64,000 nucleotides of DNA, from NCBI GenBank assembly GCA_934491515.1, contig CAKSTF010000001.1:60861-124860 (forward strand), given 5' to 3'. Source of the stretch: an uncultured Eubacteriales bacterium (lineage in GTDB: Bacteria; Bacillota; Clostridia; Oscillospirales; Acutalibacteraceae). This document shows positions 9,586 through 19,575 of the stretch, piece by piece (within the stretch, counting starts at the first letter, position 1; each line of letters starts with the position of its first letter). Under the pieces are notes generated by a model that did no database searches, was not told the DNA's origin, and was given only the letters and a program-made list of their open reading frames with translations. A program made the translations under genes and the position numbers.

Positions 9586-11706
9586 TTATGCTTTTGCTTT
9601 AAGGGGATTTTTATATTTTATTTTTGACAGTATCAGCAAAAGTACCGTTATCGAAACACCGATTATATCGGTAACTATTTCAGGGAACACAAGCAAAAGT
9701 CCCGCAGCGCAGAAAAGTATTCTTGTGACCGGAGATAGCTTTCCGAAAGCCCAGCCTTCAAGTCCGCAGGAAAGCGCAAACATACCGAACATAGCGGTGA
9801 TTACCGCAATGACTATTTTTATAAAGGGTGCCGAAGTATAGCCTATAAGCAGGGTTGAAGCGGGGTCAAGTGCGAATATATACGGTATTACAAACGCAGC
9901 TATGGCAAGTTTTGTGGCGATTATTCCCGTTTTCATGGGATTCGAATGCGCTATTGCACTGCCGGCGTAAGCCGCAAGCGCCACGGGCGGCGTTATATCC
10001 GCCACTATGCCGAAGTAAAATACAAACATGTGCGCCGAAAGCGTGGAAACACCCAACTGACTTATAAGTATAGGCGCTATCGTAGAGCCCATAATTACGT
10101 AGTTTGCCGTTGTGGGAACGCCCATACCGAGTATTATGCAGCAAATCATTGTTGCAAAAAGCGCAAACACGGGACTTATACCAGCAAGCGAGCGTATAAA
10201 GGGCGTTATGGAAGACGCAAGACTTGTAGCCGTTACGGTTGCCGCTATAATTCCCGCCATAGCGCATGCCACCGCTACGGTAAGGGTGTTCTTTGCGGCA
10301 TTTTCAAGTCCGCCGGCAAAATCCTTAGGCGGCATACTTACGCTGTTTTTACAAATAAATCCTATTACAATACATATAACCATTGCGGCAAACACCGCTG
10401 CCGACAACTGTTTTGTGCCGAAGATTAGAAGTATCAGCAAAAACACGGCAAGCGGCACGGCAGGCCGCAAAAGTGCCGTAAACGCCGATTTTGCACTTCC
10501 AAAAACATTTGATAATTCCTCCGGCAAAAGCGAGATCATCATAGCCGCCGCAATAGCCACAGCTGCCGCCAGACCGGCGCTTAAATAGTTCATACAAACC
10601 ACAAGCACCACCACGGGAGTGAGAAGATAACCCTTTTTAAACACAAGTTTAAAAAAGTTTGGCAGTGCGTCGCGCGGCAGACCTTCAAGCCCATTTTTCC
10701 TGGCTTCAAAATGCACCATTATGAATATGCCGGAAAAATAAAGTATTGCCGGCAGAATGGCGGATATCGCTATCGCGCTGTAAGAAATGCCCGACATTTC
10801 CGCCATTAAAAACGCCGCGGCGCCCATAATAGGCGGCATTATCTGACCGCCCGTAGAAGCCGCCGCCTCTACCGCCGCCGCAAATTCGGGGCGGTATCCC
10901 GCTTTTTTCATAACCGGAATGGTAACGCTGCCCGACCCCACGGTATTTGCCACCGACGAGCCCGAGATCATACCCTCAAGTCCCGAAGATATTACCGCTA
11001 CTTTTGCGGGTCCGCCCACGCTGCCGCCTGCCACAGAGTTTGCAAGGTCTATGAAAAACGCGGCTATTCCGGTTTTTTCAAGCAAAGAGCCCATTATTAT
11101 AAACAGCGCGATAAAGGCAATGCATATATTTATCGGTGTGCCCAGAACGCCGTCGTTTATGTTGTAAAAAAGGTTGTATACCGTCTGGCTTAAAACCCTG
11201 CCGAGCGTAAGGCGCGGATTTTTAGCGTAGTAGTAAAACAGATACGCCGTAAACGCCGCCGCTATTACTATTATGGGTATTCCCACCGTTCGGCGGCAAA
11301 GTTCCGAGACAATAAGTATCGCAAGCATGGCTATCACAATATAAACCACGGGAAGATTCGTACTGTTAAGTGTGATTATTTTTCTTTGATTAAAGGTGTA
11401 AAACAAAAAGCATCCGCACCCTGTAAGCGACAGCAATATGTCATACCAGGGTATATAGTTCACGCGTTTTCTCTGCTTTTTATAGGCAGGATGCAAAAGA
11501 AATCCCAAAAACACAACAAGCGCCAAAAAAGAAGTTCTTCTTGTGTGAACGGTGGAATCGGTCAGAATAAGGGTTAAAAGCAGAATATACGCCGATACCG
11601 CCACGCAAAGAGCAGAGATCACTTTTTTGTAAACACCGCTGAAAATACGGGTACTGCTGCCTGCGTCAAACTCGGCAAGCAGTTCCTCGCTGTTTGTAAT
11701 TTCCAT
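9586..11706 (-). CDS. TRAP transporter, fused 4TM/12TM permease (TAXI type)
   Basis: 706 aa and highly hydrophobic throughout. It lies 18 nt downstream of a TAXI-family binding protein. Confidence 0.88.
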   Translation of the reverse strand: MEITNSEELLAEFDAGSSTRIFSGVYKKVISALCVAVSAYILLLTLILTDSTVHTRRTSFLALVVFLGFLLHPAYKKQRKRVNYIPWYDILLSLTGCGCFLFYTFNQRKIITLNSTNLPVVYIVIAMLAILIVSELCRRTVGIPIIVIAAAFTAYLFYYYAKNPRLTLGRVLSQTVYNLFYNINDGVLGTPINICIAFIALFIIMGSLLEKTGIAAFFIDLANSVAGGSVGGPAKVAVISSGLEGMISGSSVANTVGSGSVTIPVMKKAGYRPEFAAAVEAAASTGGQIMPPIMGAAAFLMAEMSGISYSAIAISAILPAILYFSGIFIMVHFEARKNGLEGLPRDALPNFFKLVFKKGYLLTPVVVLVVCMNYLSAGLAAAVAIAAAMMISLLPEELSNVFGSAKSAFTALLRPAVPLAVFLLILLIFGTKQLSAAVFAAMVICIVIGFICKNSVSMPPKDFAGGLENAAKNTLTVAVACAMAGIIAATVTATSLASSITPFIRSLAGISPVFALFATMICCIILGMGVPTTANYVIMGSTIAPILISQLGVSTLSAHMFVFYFGIVADITPPVALAAYAGSAIAHSNPMKTGIIATKLAIAAFVIPYIFALDPASTLLIGYTSAPFIKIVIAVITAMFGMFALSCGLEGWAFGKLSPVTRILFCAAGLLLVFPEIVTDIIGVSITVLLLILSKIKYKNPLKAKA

Positions 11707-11724
11707 AAAAAGTCGCTCCCTGTT

Positions 11725-12720
11725 TTAGATAATACCGGCTTCCTTATAATACTTTTCAGCGCCCTTGTGAAGCGGTACGCCGCCTAAAGAAGAAACGGCA
11801 AGTTTAATATCCATTTCCTTACCCTTTGCATGAGCCGCGGATATTTTGTCCTTGCCCTCCCAAAGGGCTTTTGTTATTTTATAAACCTGTTCTTCCGAAA
11901 GATCGTCCGATACGATATAGGTCGCCATAACGCCTACTGCCTTTACGGGCGTTGCTTCGGATATAAAGGAATAATCATCGTGTGTTATGGTATCCTCGGC
12001 ATAGAAAGAATATTTGGATTTAAGCGTCTTTATCATATCATCATCAAGTGCTATCGCCGTGATTGCCGTGTTGGTGGCAAGTTCCGTAATGGCGGTAGTG
12101 GGCGCGCCCGCAACACAGAAAAACGCGTCGATGTTGCCGTCTTTAAGCGCGGAAGCCGAATCGCCGAAACTCAAATTGTTTTTAACGATATCTTTTTCCA
12201 TATCTATTCCGGCGCAGTCAAGTATCTGACGGGCGTTAAACTCAACGCCGCTGCCCGCATCGCCCACGGAAACGCGCTTGCCCTTAAGGTCGCCAACCTT
12301 TTCTATTCCCGAATTTGCTTTTGCGATTATCTGAACCGTTTCAACGTAAACGCTTCCTATAACGGAGAATCCCTTAATCGCCTTGCCGTCGAACATATCT
12401 TTACCGTTGTACGCATAGGACATTACGTCGTTCTGTACAATCGCCATATCGTACGTACCGGCAACAAGCGATTCTATATTATCTTTAGAACCGCCCGAGG
12501 TTGCAACGTCGAATTTGTAACCGGTGCTGTCGCCTATTATCTGGCCTACCACCTGCGAAAATGCGTAATACGTTCCGGTAGAACCGCCGGTGCCCATGTG
12601 CACGGTGTCAAGCGTTACTCCGCTTCCCGATGCGGTGTCCGTACCGCCTTTTGTACCGCACGCCGTACAAAGTGTTAAAAAACACACGGCACAAAGTAAA
12701 ATACTTAAAACTTTCCTCAT
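11725..12720 (-). CDS. TAXI-family TRAP solute-binding lipoprotein
   Basis: 331 aa. Signal peptide with a Cys lipobox (LTLCTAC-G). TAXI-like core (GTGGSTGTYY, TSGGSKDNIESL). Confidence 0.88.
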   Translation of the reverse strand: MRKVLSILLCAVCFLTLCTACGTKGGTDTASGSGVTLDTVHMGTGGSTGTYYAFSQVVGQIIGDSTGYKFDVATSGGSKDNIESLVAGTYDMAIVQNDVMSYAYNGKDMFDGKAIKGFSVIGSVYVETVQIIAKANSGIEKVGDLKGKRVSVGDAGSGVEFNARQILDCAGIDMEKDIVKNNLSFGDSASALKDGNIDAFFCVAGAPTTAITELATNTAITAIALDDDMIKTLKSKYSFYAEDTITHDDYSFISEATPVKAVGVMATYIVSDDLSEEQVYKITKALWEGKDKISAAHAKGKEMDIKLAVSSLGGVPLHKGAEKYYKEAGII

Positions 12721-12849
12721 TTAAAAAACCTCTTTTCAAAAATTATGGGTTGATTATAGCACCGCGCCGTGGTATAATCAAATTCGATATTTTTATGATT
12801 TGCATAAATATTTTTTATATACAAAAAAAGAAACGGAGGCCGCCGCGCT

Positions 12850-13799
12850 TGAACGAACTGCTTTACATATACGAAATATACCGCCAGAAAAGTTTTTCGC
12901 TTGCGGCGAAAAAACTGTTTGTAACCCAGCCTGCTCTTTCCGCTTCGGTTAAAAAGACAGAGGAAAAACTTGGTATTACCATATTCAACCGTTCGGCAGC
13001 GCCCATTACCCTCACGGAGGAGGGGCGCGTATATATGGACTATGTCGAACGCGTACTGAGCGAGACTGATAATATGAAAACCCGAATTTCCGATATATCG
13101 GGTCTTAAAACGGGAAGCGTGGCGGTTTGCGGAGAAAGTTTTGTTTCTTCTTTCATACTTCCGGAAATAATAATGCGCTTTACCGAAAAATACCCGGGAA
13201 TTAAAACAACGCTTACGGAACTTAACTCTCCCGACCTTTTGCGTCTTATTTTAAGCGAGCAAACGGATTTACTTATAAGTCACACGTTTGACCGCAGCCT
13301 TTTTGACACCGAAAGCCTTTTTTACGAACGGATACTGCTTGCAGTTCCGGAGGGGTTTGCCGTCAATAAAAAACTTGCCGAAAGCGCAATGACGCGCGAG
13401 CAGGTGTTAGGGTGCGATTTTTCCGATTACGACCGAAAGGCGGTTTCGGTTAAAAACTTCCGGAAAGAGCCGTTTTTGCTTGTAAAAGCAGGAAACGATA
13501 TGAACTACCGTGCAGCAAAAATATTCGGTCACGCCGGAATTTCTCCTGTTTGCAAGATGGAGTTTGACCAGTTGATAACCGCATATAACTCCGCCTGTTT
13601 CGGTATGGGGGTTGCATTCTGCACGGACGTGCTTGTAAAAAATACCGAGCAGACCGGCTGTGTGTTCTATCCGGTTGCGGGAGAGGACACGGTAAGAGAA
13701 ATGCTTATAGGTTATAAAAAGAATCGTTATCTTTCCGCGGCGGCGTCCGCGTTTATTAAAACCGCAAAAGAATGTTACAAAAAGGAGAATGTTTTATGA
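12850..13799 (+). CDS. LysR-family transcriptional regulator (paralogue 2)
   Basis: I place the start at TTG 12850, preceded by GGAGG at 12836-12840. HTH SFSLAAKKLFVTQPALSASVKKTE. The gene is divergent from the TAXI-TRAP operon. The track's upstream extension (12630-) overlaps the TAXI gene and looks like non-protein sequence. Confidence 0.85.
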
Positions 13800-14281
13800 C
13801 GATAACAAAATACACCGCCAAAGACGCAGCGAATTGCCTTGAAATCTATAACTACTACATAGAAAACACAACCATAACTTTTGAAGAAGAAAAACTTACC
13901 TTAAAAGCACTGAGTGACCGCTTTGAAAAAATTTTCGCAAAGTATCCCTTTCTCACGGCAAAGTGCGACGGCAAAACGGTAGGATACGCATATCTTGACG
14001 TTTTTAATCAGCGTTCCGCTTACAGGTACACCGCCGACCTTTCGATATATCTGCACAAAGACGTCCGCGGCGGCGGAATCGGCGGAAAACTTCTCGACGC
14101 AATAGAACAGGCCGCGCGCGAAGCCGGCATTAAAGCCCTTATTTCCATAGTAACGGGCGAAAACGCGGCAAGTATGCACTTTCACGAAAAGCACGGTTTT
14201 AAAAAGGTCGGCACGCTTGAAGAAGTCGGCGTTAAATTCGGAAAAACGCTTGACGTTGTTTACTTTGAGAAAAAACTTTAA
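13796..14281 (+). CDS. GNAT N-acetyltransferase (phosphinothricin/MSO-acetyltransferase-like)
   Basis: Start MTITKY at ATG 13796, which overlaps the LysR stop (ATGA). Acetyl-CoA motif VRGGGIGGKLL. Confidence 0.85.
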   Translation: MTITKYTAKDAANCLEIYNYYIENTTITFEEEKLTLKALSDRFEKIFAKYPFLTAKCDGKTVGYAYLDVFNQRSAYRYTADLSIYLHKDVRGGGIGGKLLDAIEQAAREAGIKALISIVTGENAASMHFHEKHGFKKVGTLEEVGVKFGKTLDVVYFEKKL

Positions 14282-14329
14282 ACAACGCAAAAAAGCGCTC
14301 TGCCGAAAGGTAAAGCACTTTTTGACTAA

Positions 14330-14368
14330 AAAAACACAAAAAGGCACCGAAACTTCGGTGCCTTTTTA
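14330..14368. terminator. Bidirectional intrinsic terminator
   Basis: Stem GGCACCG/CGGTGCC (14343-14362), flanked by an A-run on the left and TTTTT on the right. It lies between convergent genes. Confidence 0.75.
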
Positions 14369-14403
14369 ATTTGTTTTGCTTTATTCGGATTTTCAAACAA
14401 TTC

Positions 14404-16440
14404 TTATTCCGTTTTTGCCGCCGCGATTATTTTTTGCGCTATGTTTGCCGGAACCTCTTCGTACCTTTCAAATTCAAAAGTAAATGTTGCCGTGCCCTGG
14501 GTTATCGAACGCATAGCGGTGGAAAAGTCGGTCATTTCAGCCACGGGAACTTCGCCCGTTACCTCCTGCATCTTGTTTTCAAGCGGATTCATACCTATTA
14601 TTCTGCCGCGGCGTTTGTTTATATCGCCTATAACATCTCCGAGCATTTCATCCGGCACGATAACTTTAAGCGTGCCCACAGGTTCAAGCAGTACGGGGTT
14701 TGCATTGCTTACGCCCTCTTTAAACGCTATTGCGGCGGCGGTTTTAAACGCCATTTCGGAAGAATCGACCGGATGATAAGAACCGTCCACAAGCGTGGCT
14801 TTTATTCCTACCATCGGGAAGCCTGCAAGAACGCCCTTTGAAGTGGAGTCGCGAAGTCCCTTTTCAACCGCTGGGAAGAAGTTCTTGGGCACAGCGCCGC
14901 CGAACACTTTTTCTTCAAACACAAGTTCCTGACTGTCGCAGGGTTCAAACTCTATCCAAACATCACCGAACTGGCCGTGGCCGCCCGACTGTTTTTTATG
15001 CCTGCCCTGTGCCTTAACGGGCTTTTTGATGGTTTCCCTGTATGCTATTTTAGGTGCTTTAAGCACAACATCGGTGCCGAATTTTGATTTAAGACGGGAG
15101 ATTATAACATCAATATGCTGTTCTCCGAGCGCCGAAATAATAAGTTCCTTCGTTTCCTTATCGGTATAAACCTTTATTGTGGGGTCTTCTTCGCAAAGGC
15201 GCATAAGACCGGCGCTGATTTTCTCCTCGTCGCCTTTTTTGGCAGGATAAATCGCCATTTTAAGGGTGGGCAGCGGGAATTCCGGCATTACCGCCTGCGC
15301 TTTTCCGGAAACCGAAAGCGTGTCGCCCGTTACGGCGCCCGAAAGTTTTGATACCGAACCGATATCGCCGGCGCCTATCTCGGCGGCGTCCTCCTGTTTG
15401 CCGCCTTTAAGGAACATTACCTTTGAAAGGCGTTCTTCCTCGCCGTTTCTTGCGTTTTTAAGTTTAAGGTCACCCTTTACCTTGCCGGAAAGCACCTTGA
15501 AGTATGAAAGTTTACCTACAAACGGGTCGGCGATAGTTTTGAATATAAGCAGCGCAGGCTCGCCCGATTCGTCAAACGCGGCGTCTCCCTCTTCGGTTTT
15601 ATAGTGCGCTTCGGCAGCGGAGGGCATAATTTCAAAAATTTCGTCCGCGAACATTGAAACGCCTTCGCCCGTTTGCTGAACGCCGCAGAAAACGGGGCAC
15701 ACATCGCCCGATATTACGCCCGCTTTAAGGCCGCGCATAATTTCCTCACGGGTAAACTCTTCGCCGCCGAAATATTTTTCCATAAGTTCTTCATCGGCGG
15801 AGGCTACCGCTTCAAGCAACATATCGCGCATACGGTCGATATCCTCGCTTACGGGCATTCTGTGCTCTTTGGCGGTAAAGCCCTCGAAAACGTACGCCTT
15901 ATTTTCTATAAGATTTACATAACATTTAACGGTGTCTTCTTCGATGTATGGAACCACAATAGGGCATACAACCGCGCCGTAAGCGCCCACAAGCGCCGAT
16001 ATTACGCGATAAAAATGCGCGTGTGAAGAATCAAGTTTTCCCACAAAAAAGGCAATGCTTTTTCCGGCGGATCTCGCCTTTGCATAGGCCTGCTTAGCGC
16101 CCACGGTAAGACCGGATTTACCGGATATCGCAATAACCGCGCTGTCCGCTGCGGAAAGCGCTTCGGTAACGCCGCCGGCAAAGTCAAAAAGTCCGGGAGC
16201 GTCTATAAGGTTTATTTTTTTGTCCTCAAGTGGCAAAGCAAACACGGCGGTTCCCACCGTGGTGCCGCGTTTTTTCTCTTCGGCGTCGAAATTGAAAACG
16301 GAAGTACCGTCCGCTGTCTTACCTATTCTTTCAACCGCTTTGCCGTAGCAGAGAACCGCGTCGGCAAGCGTGGTCTTTCCGGAATTTCCGTGACCCAAAA
16401 AGGCAATGTTTTTAATTTGATCGGCAGAATAGTACTTCAA
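14404..16440 (-). CDS. EF-G-family translational GTPase paralogue with degenerate G3/G4 motifs
   Basis: It is collinear with EF-G domains G through V. G1 is GHGNSGKTT, G2 is RGTT, G3 is DAPGL (canonical DTPGH) and G4 is GKLD (canonical NKMD). The likely start is TTG 16440, after GAGGAG. The track ORF extends to 16494. Confidence 0.85.
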   Translation of the reverse strand: MKYYSADQIKNIAFLGHGNSGKTTLADAVLCYGKAVERIGKTADGTSVFNFDAEEKKRGTTVGTAVFALPLEDKKINLIDAPGLFDFAGGVTEALSAADSAVIAISGKSGLTVGAKQAYAKARSAGKSIAFFVGKLDSSHAHFYRVISALVGAYGAVVCPIVVPYIEEDTVKCYVNLIENKAYVFEGFTAKEHRMPVSEDIDRMRDMLLEAVASADEELMEKYFGGEEFTREEIMRGLKAGVISGDVCPVFCGVQQTGEGVSMFADEIFEIMPSAAEAHYKTEEGDAAFDESGEPALLIFKTIADPFVGKLSYFKVLSGKVKGDLKLKNARNGEEERLSKVMFLKGGKQEDAAEIGAGDIGSVSKLSGAVTGDTLSVSGKAQAVMPEFPLPTLKMAIYPAKKGDEEKISAGLMRLCEEDPTIKVYTDKETKELIISALGEQHIDVIISRLKSKFGTDVVLKAPKIAYRETIKKPVKAQGRHKKQSGGHGQFGDVWIEFEPCDSQELVFEEKVFGGAVPKNFFPAVEKGLRDSTSKGVLAGFPMVGIKATLVDGSYHPVDSSEMAFKTAAAIAFKEGVSNANPVLLEPVGTLKVIVPDEMLGDVIGDINKRRGRIIGMNPLENKMQEVTGEVPVAEMTDFSTAMRSITQGTATFTFEFERYEEVPANIAQKIIAAAKTE

Positions 16441-16765
16441 TTTGATACACTCCTCAGTGTGAAATTTGCAGCAGGTTTTTCCTGCATTACTCACTGATTA
16501 TATCATATTTTTTAATTGAATACAACTAATTTTTTTGAATTTTATTTAAAAAAACTATGAAAAATCGACAAAATTTCTCTTTTTGTGCAGACTGCAACAA
16601 AAACGGTTTGTCCCCATATGCAACACAAACAAATATTTAAGTCCGCCTGATTTTTTTTCCTTTATATGTTACATATTTGAAATTATTTGTAACTGAATTG
16701 TTTCTGCTTTTTTTAATGTACGGTAATATAATAAATATGCAAAGAAAATTCGGGAGGGCAGGCAG

Positions 16766-17353
16766 ATGAAAAAACGTTTTCTTACGGTTGTGTGCGCTTT
16801 ATTTACAGTGCTTTTCTGCGCCGCTTTCTATTTCCCGAAAAATTCCGCCGGCACCACGGTAAAGGCGGCGGCTGCCGCAAACGAAGAAACGGCGGCAAAA
16901 AGTCCGCTTGAGGCACGCTTTCTTAATATGCTGAACCACAATTTTGTATACAACGACGGCTTCAAAAGTTTTGACGCGTTGACCGACGGCTGCATTTTAT
17001 CAATGCTTTCCGCAAAAGAGGGCGACTTTATTTCGGAGACCTGCCTTAAAGGTTTCGCAAAGGATATGTACGGTATTGATATCGTGTCTTTTGCAAAAAC
17101 TGCAGGGCTGCCCGAAAAGCAGGGCTATGTTTACGTAAAACCGATGGGCTTTACGCGTTTTACGCACGAAAACGCCGCGGTTACCCGAAACGAGGACGGA
17201 ACGTACACGGTGATAACCGACGTTACGGTTGCCCCGCACGACGATATGCCGACCAAAGAAACGGCGATTTCCCTTTTTGTTCCGAACACCGAATCGGCAT
17301 TCGGTTATAATATAGTAAATTCAACGATAACCGAAAAAAGTCTTTCGTTCTGA
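16766..17353 (+). CDS. Hypothetical secreted protein
   Basis: 195 aa with an N-terminal signal/TM segment, and a GGGAGG RBS upstream. I recognise no family. Confidence 0.6.
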   Translation: MKKRFLTVVCALFTVLFCAAFYFPKNSAGTTVKAAAAANEETAAKSPLEARFLNMLNHNFVYNDGFKSFDALTDGCILSMLSAKEGDFISETCLKGFAKDMYGIDIVSFAKTAGLPEKQGYVYVKPMGFTRFTHENAAVTRNEDGTYTVITDVTVAPHDDMPTKETAISLFVPNTESAFGYNIVNSTITEKSLSF

Positions 17354-17430
17354 TTTTCAGCCGTAAAACCGCCCTCTGCCGCACAGCAGGGGGTTATTTT
17401 TTATATTTTCGGTATTTTTTCAATTTGTGC

Positions 17431-17459
17431 TTGACAAAACGCATCATTATATATATAAT
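17431..17459 (+). promoter_or_regulatory. Sigma-A promoter for the tRNA-Met/tRNA-Glu pair
   Basis: TTGACA (17431-17436), 17-nt spacer, TATAAT (17454-17459). Confidence 0.6.
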
Positions 17460-17490
17460 GATTTAGTCGCGCGAGCGATTGCATCGGTTT

Positions 17491-17567
17491 GGCTGTATAG
17501 CTCAGCTGGCTAGAGCATGCGGTTCATACCCGCAGTGTCATTGGTTCAAGTCCAATTACAGCCACCA
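17491..17567 (+). tRNA. tRNA-Met (CAT), elongator type
   Basis: GGCTGTATAGCTCAGCTGGCTAGAGCATGCGGTTCATACCCGCAGTGTCATTGGTTCAAGTCCAATTACAGCCACCA. The anticodon arm GCGGTTCATACCCGC resembles elongator Met. It lacks the three consecutive G-C pairs that mark the initiator anticodon stem. Confidence 0.9.
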
Positions 17568-17569
17568 AC

Positions 17570-17644
17570 GGCCCGGTGGTCAAGCGGTTAAGACACCGCC
17601 CTTTCACGGCGGTAACACGAGTTCGAATCTCGTCCGGGTCACCA
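17570..17644 (+). tRNA. tRNA-Glu (TTC)
   Basis: GGCCCGGTGGTCAAGCGGTTAAGACACCGCCCTTTCACGGCGGTAACACGAGTTCGAATCTCGTCCGGGTCACCA, close to Bacillus tRNA-Glu, with an encoded CCA. Confidence 0.93.
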
Positions 17645-17683
17645 AAAATCGGCAAGTACCAACTTGCCGATTTTTATTTTTTT
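17645..17683. terminator. Bidirectional terminator (tRNAs and pseudouridine synthase gene)
   Basis: Stem TCGGCAAGT/ACTTGCCGA (17649-17670), loop ACCA. T-runs are present on both strands. Confidence 0.8.
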
Positions 17684-18659
17684 ACTGTAAATTCTTCTTG
17701 TATCCGCTGCCGAAAAGATTATCGGCAAACCATACCTCTTTTAAAGAAAATGTTTTTCCGTTAAGATAGTCAAGTTCGCCGGCGGGGGTATCGAAACGGA
17801 AAGAAAGTTTATAAGAACAAAGCGCCTGCTTGTTAAAACCTTTCTTTTTATCCTCTTTAAGTGTGCCGTACTTGCCGTCGCCTAAAAGCGGATGCCCTAT
17901 CGAAGCCATCTGCGCGCGTATCTGGTGGGTGCGGCCGGTAAGCAGTTCAACCTCCAAAAGCGAAAGACCGTCCCTGCTTTGCAGCACGCGGTAACGCGTT
18001 TTGGCGGTTCGGTTTTTATCGGTTTTTCGGCCGCTTACGTACACGCGGTTTTTATCCTCGTTTTTCTCGATAAAACTTTCAATAATATCCGATCTTTTTT
18101 TCGGCGTGCCGTGCACAATGCAAAGGTACCGCTTGTCAATTTCACGCATTTTTATTTTATCGCAAAGTATGCGCAGCGCCTCGGAATTCTTTGCCGCCAT
18201 AACTATTCCGCAGGTGTTGCGGTCTATGCGGTTTGCAAGCGCCGGTTTAAAGGAGTTTTCCGCTTCCGGGTCATACTCGCCATTTTTATAAAGATAATGC
18301 TGTATTCTGCCTATAAGCGTGTCGCGATACTCGTTTTTATCGGGGTGCACTATAAGCCCCTGCGGTTTGTTTACAAATATAACGTTTTCGTCCTCATACA
18401 CAACGTCTATATCGGCAGGCGAAGAAAGAAAATCATATTTGGGTGTAACGGGCGTGAAAAACTCGTCGTTTATAAAGGCTCGTACCTCGTCGCCCTCGCA
18501 AAGGCGGTAGGAAATCTCGCTTTTTTTGCCGTTTACCTTTATATGTTTGGTGCGTATAAAGCGGTAAAGCAGCGAAGAAGGCATTGTGGGACATATTTTT
18601 TCGACAAATCTGTCAAGCCTTTTGCCGGCATCGTTTTTTGTAACCTTAAAACTTTTCAT
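17682..18659 (-). CDS. RluA-family 23S rRNA pseudouridine synthase (RluC/D-like, with S4 domain)
   Basis: 325 aa. N-terminal S4-like segment (RLDRFV...IKVNGKK), catalytic region NRIDRNTCG, and HQIRAQMASIGHPLLGDGKYG. Confidence 0.9.
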   Translation of the reverse strand: MKSFKVTKNDAGKRLDRFVEKICPTMPSSLLYRFIRTKHIKVNGKKSEISYRLCEGDEVRAFINDEFFTPVTPKYDFLSSPADIDVVYEDENVIFVNKPQGLIVHPDKNEYRDTLIGRIQHYLYKNGEYDPEAENSFKPALANRIDRNTCGIVMAAKNSEALRILCDKIKMREIDKRYLCIVHGTPKKRSDIIESFIEKNEDKNRVYVSGRKTDKNRTAKTRYRVLQSRDGLSLLEVELLTGRTHQIRAQMASIGHPLLGDGKYGTLKEDKKKGFNKQALCSYKLSFRFDTPAGELDYLNGKTFSLKEVWFADNLFGSGYKKNLQ

Positions 18660-18719
18660 TTAACTTGCGTTTCCTTTGCGTTTTTTGTATAATAACTGTG
18701 TCTTAATCTTTTAACGGAA

Positions 18720-19436
18720 GTGATAGTTACGGACGGTCAGTTGCATACGGGCCACCGCGAGCGCGTGCTTAAAGAATTTCTCGACCGGGGTTTCGACGAA
18801 AAAACTCCGCCGCACAAGGTCCTTGAATTTTTGCTTTTTTATTGTGTTCCCAGAGCAGATACAAATCCGCTGGCACACGAACTTATAGATAAATACGGCA
18901 GTCTTTCCGGCGTGCTTAACGCCCCTATTGAAGAACTTGCCGATTTTAAAGGTCTTACCCTTCGCGGTGCGGCGCTTTTAAAAGCCATTGTGCCCGTTTC
19001 GCGGATATATACTTACGAGGAATCCGTAAGTCCGGTTATGTTCACAAGTCTTGACGATGTAGGCGAATTTTTGCACAAAAAGCTTTCGGGCTACACGAAA
19101 GAGTGTGCCTGCGTGCTTTTTATGAACGCCTCCGGCAAGTACAAAGGCTTTGAGATGCTCAGCGAGGGCGATATAGACAGTGTGGGGATATCTATTCGGA
19201 CGCTGCTTAAAATGTGTCTTGACAAGGGCGCAACCGTAATCGCGCTTGCCCACAATCACCCAAGCGGACTGGCCATTCCGTCCGCCTCGGACGCCGCCGT
19301 TTCCGAACGCATAGCAAAAACCTTTGCCGGCGTGGGAATAAGGCTTATCGACCACATAATCTCCGTATCGGATGATTATGTTTCAATGGCGCAAAGTAAC
19401 GAATACGCCCATATATTCAATAAACTGCAATATTAA
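18720..19436 (+). CDS. radC: RadC-like JAB/MPN domain protein
   Basis: 238 aa. GHRERVLKEF N-terminus, HhH region, and the JAMM motif HNHPSG...SxxD. GTG start. Confidence 0.85.
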   Translation: MIVTDGQLHTGHRERVLKEFLDRGFDEKTPPHKVLEFLLFYCVPRADTNPLAHELIDKYGSLSGVLNAPIEELADFKGLTLRGAALLKAIVPVSRIYTYEESVSPVMFTSLDDVGEFLHKKLSGYTKECACVLFMNASGKYKGFEMLSEGDIDSVGISIRTLLKMCLDKGATVIALAHNHPSGLAIPSASDAAVSERIAKTFAGVGIRLIDHIISVSDDYVSMAQSNEYAHIFNKLQY

Positions 19437-19520
19437 AACGGCGGTTTTACGCTGCCGAACCGGTGCGCCGCAAGCCGTTTTCTTTACCGAGTGTAACACT
19501 TAAAAACCTTATTGTCAAAC

Positions 19521-19553
19521 GAAAAATCCGCAGGTCAAAGCCTGCGGATTTTC
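19521..19553. terminator. Bidirectional terminator (radC and ferredoxin)
   Basis: Stem AATCCGCAGG/CCTGCGGATT (19525-19550), loop TCAAAG. It is flanked by an A-run and a T-run. Confidence 0.7.
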
Positions 19554-19575
19554 TATGTAGTTTTATTACCGAAAA

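Noticed and set aside
9394-9841. Track ORFs 9394-9627 and 9512-9841 as possible small genes between the MATE remnant and the TRAP permease.
   Set aside because: They have no RBS and odd composition. They overlap the leader hairpins or the permease 3' end.
12630-12849. N-terminal extension of the second LysR ORF, and similar track extensions of ksgA (26432-26503), ung (32755-32970), fprA, wzx, rnpA and the XRE gene.
   Set aside because: The extensions overlap neighbouring genes or lack protein-like sequence. Internal starts with Shine-Dalgarno sequences give N-termini that align with the known families.
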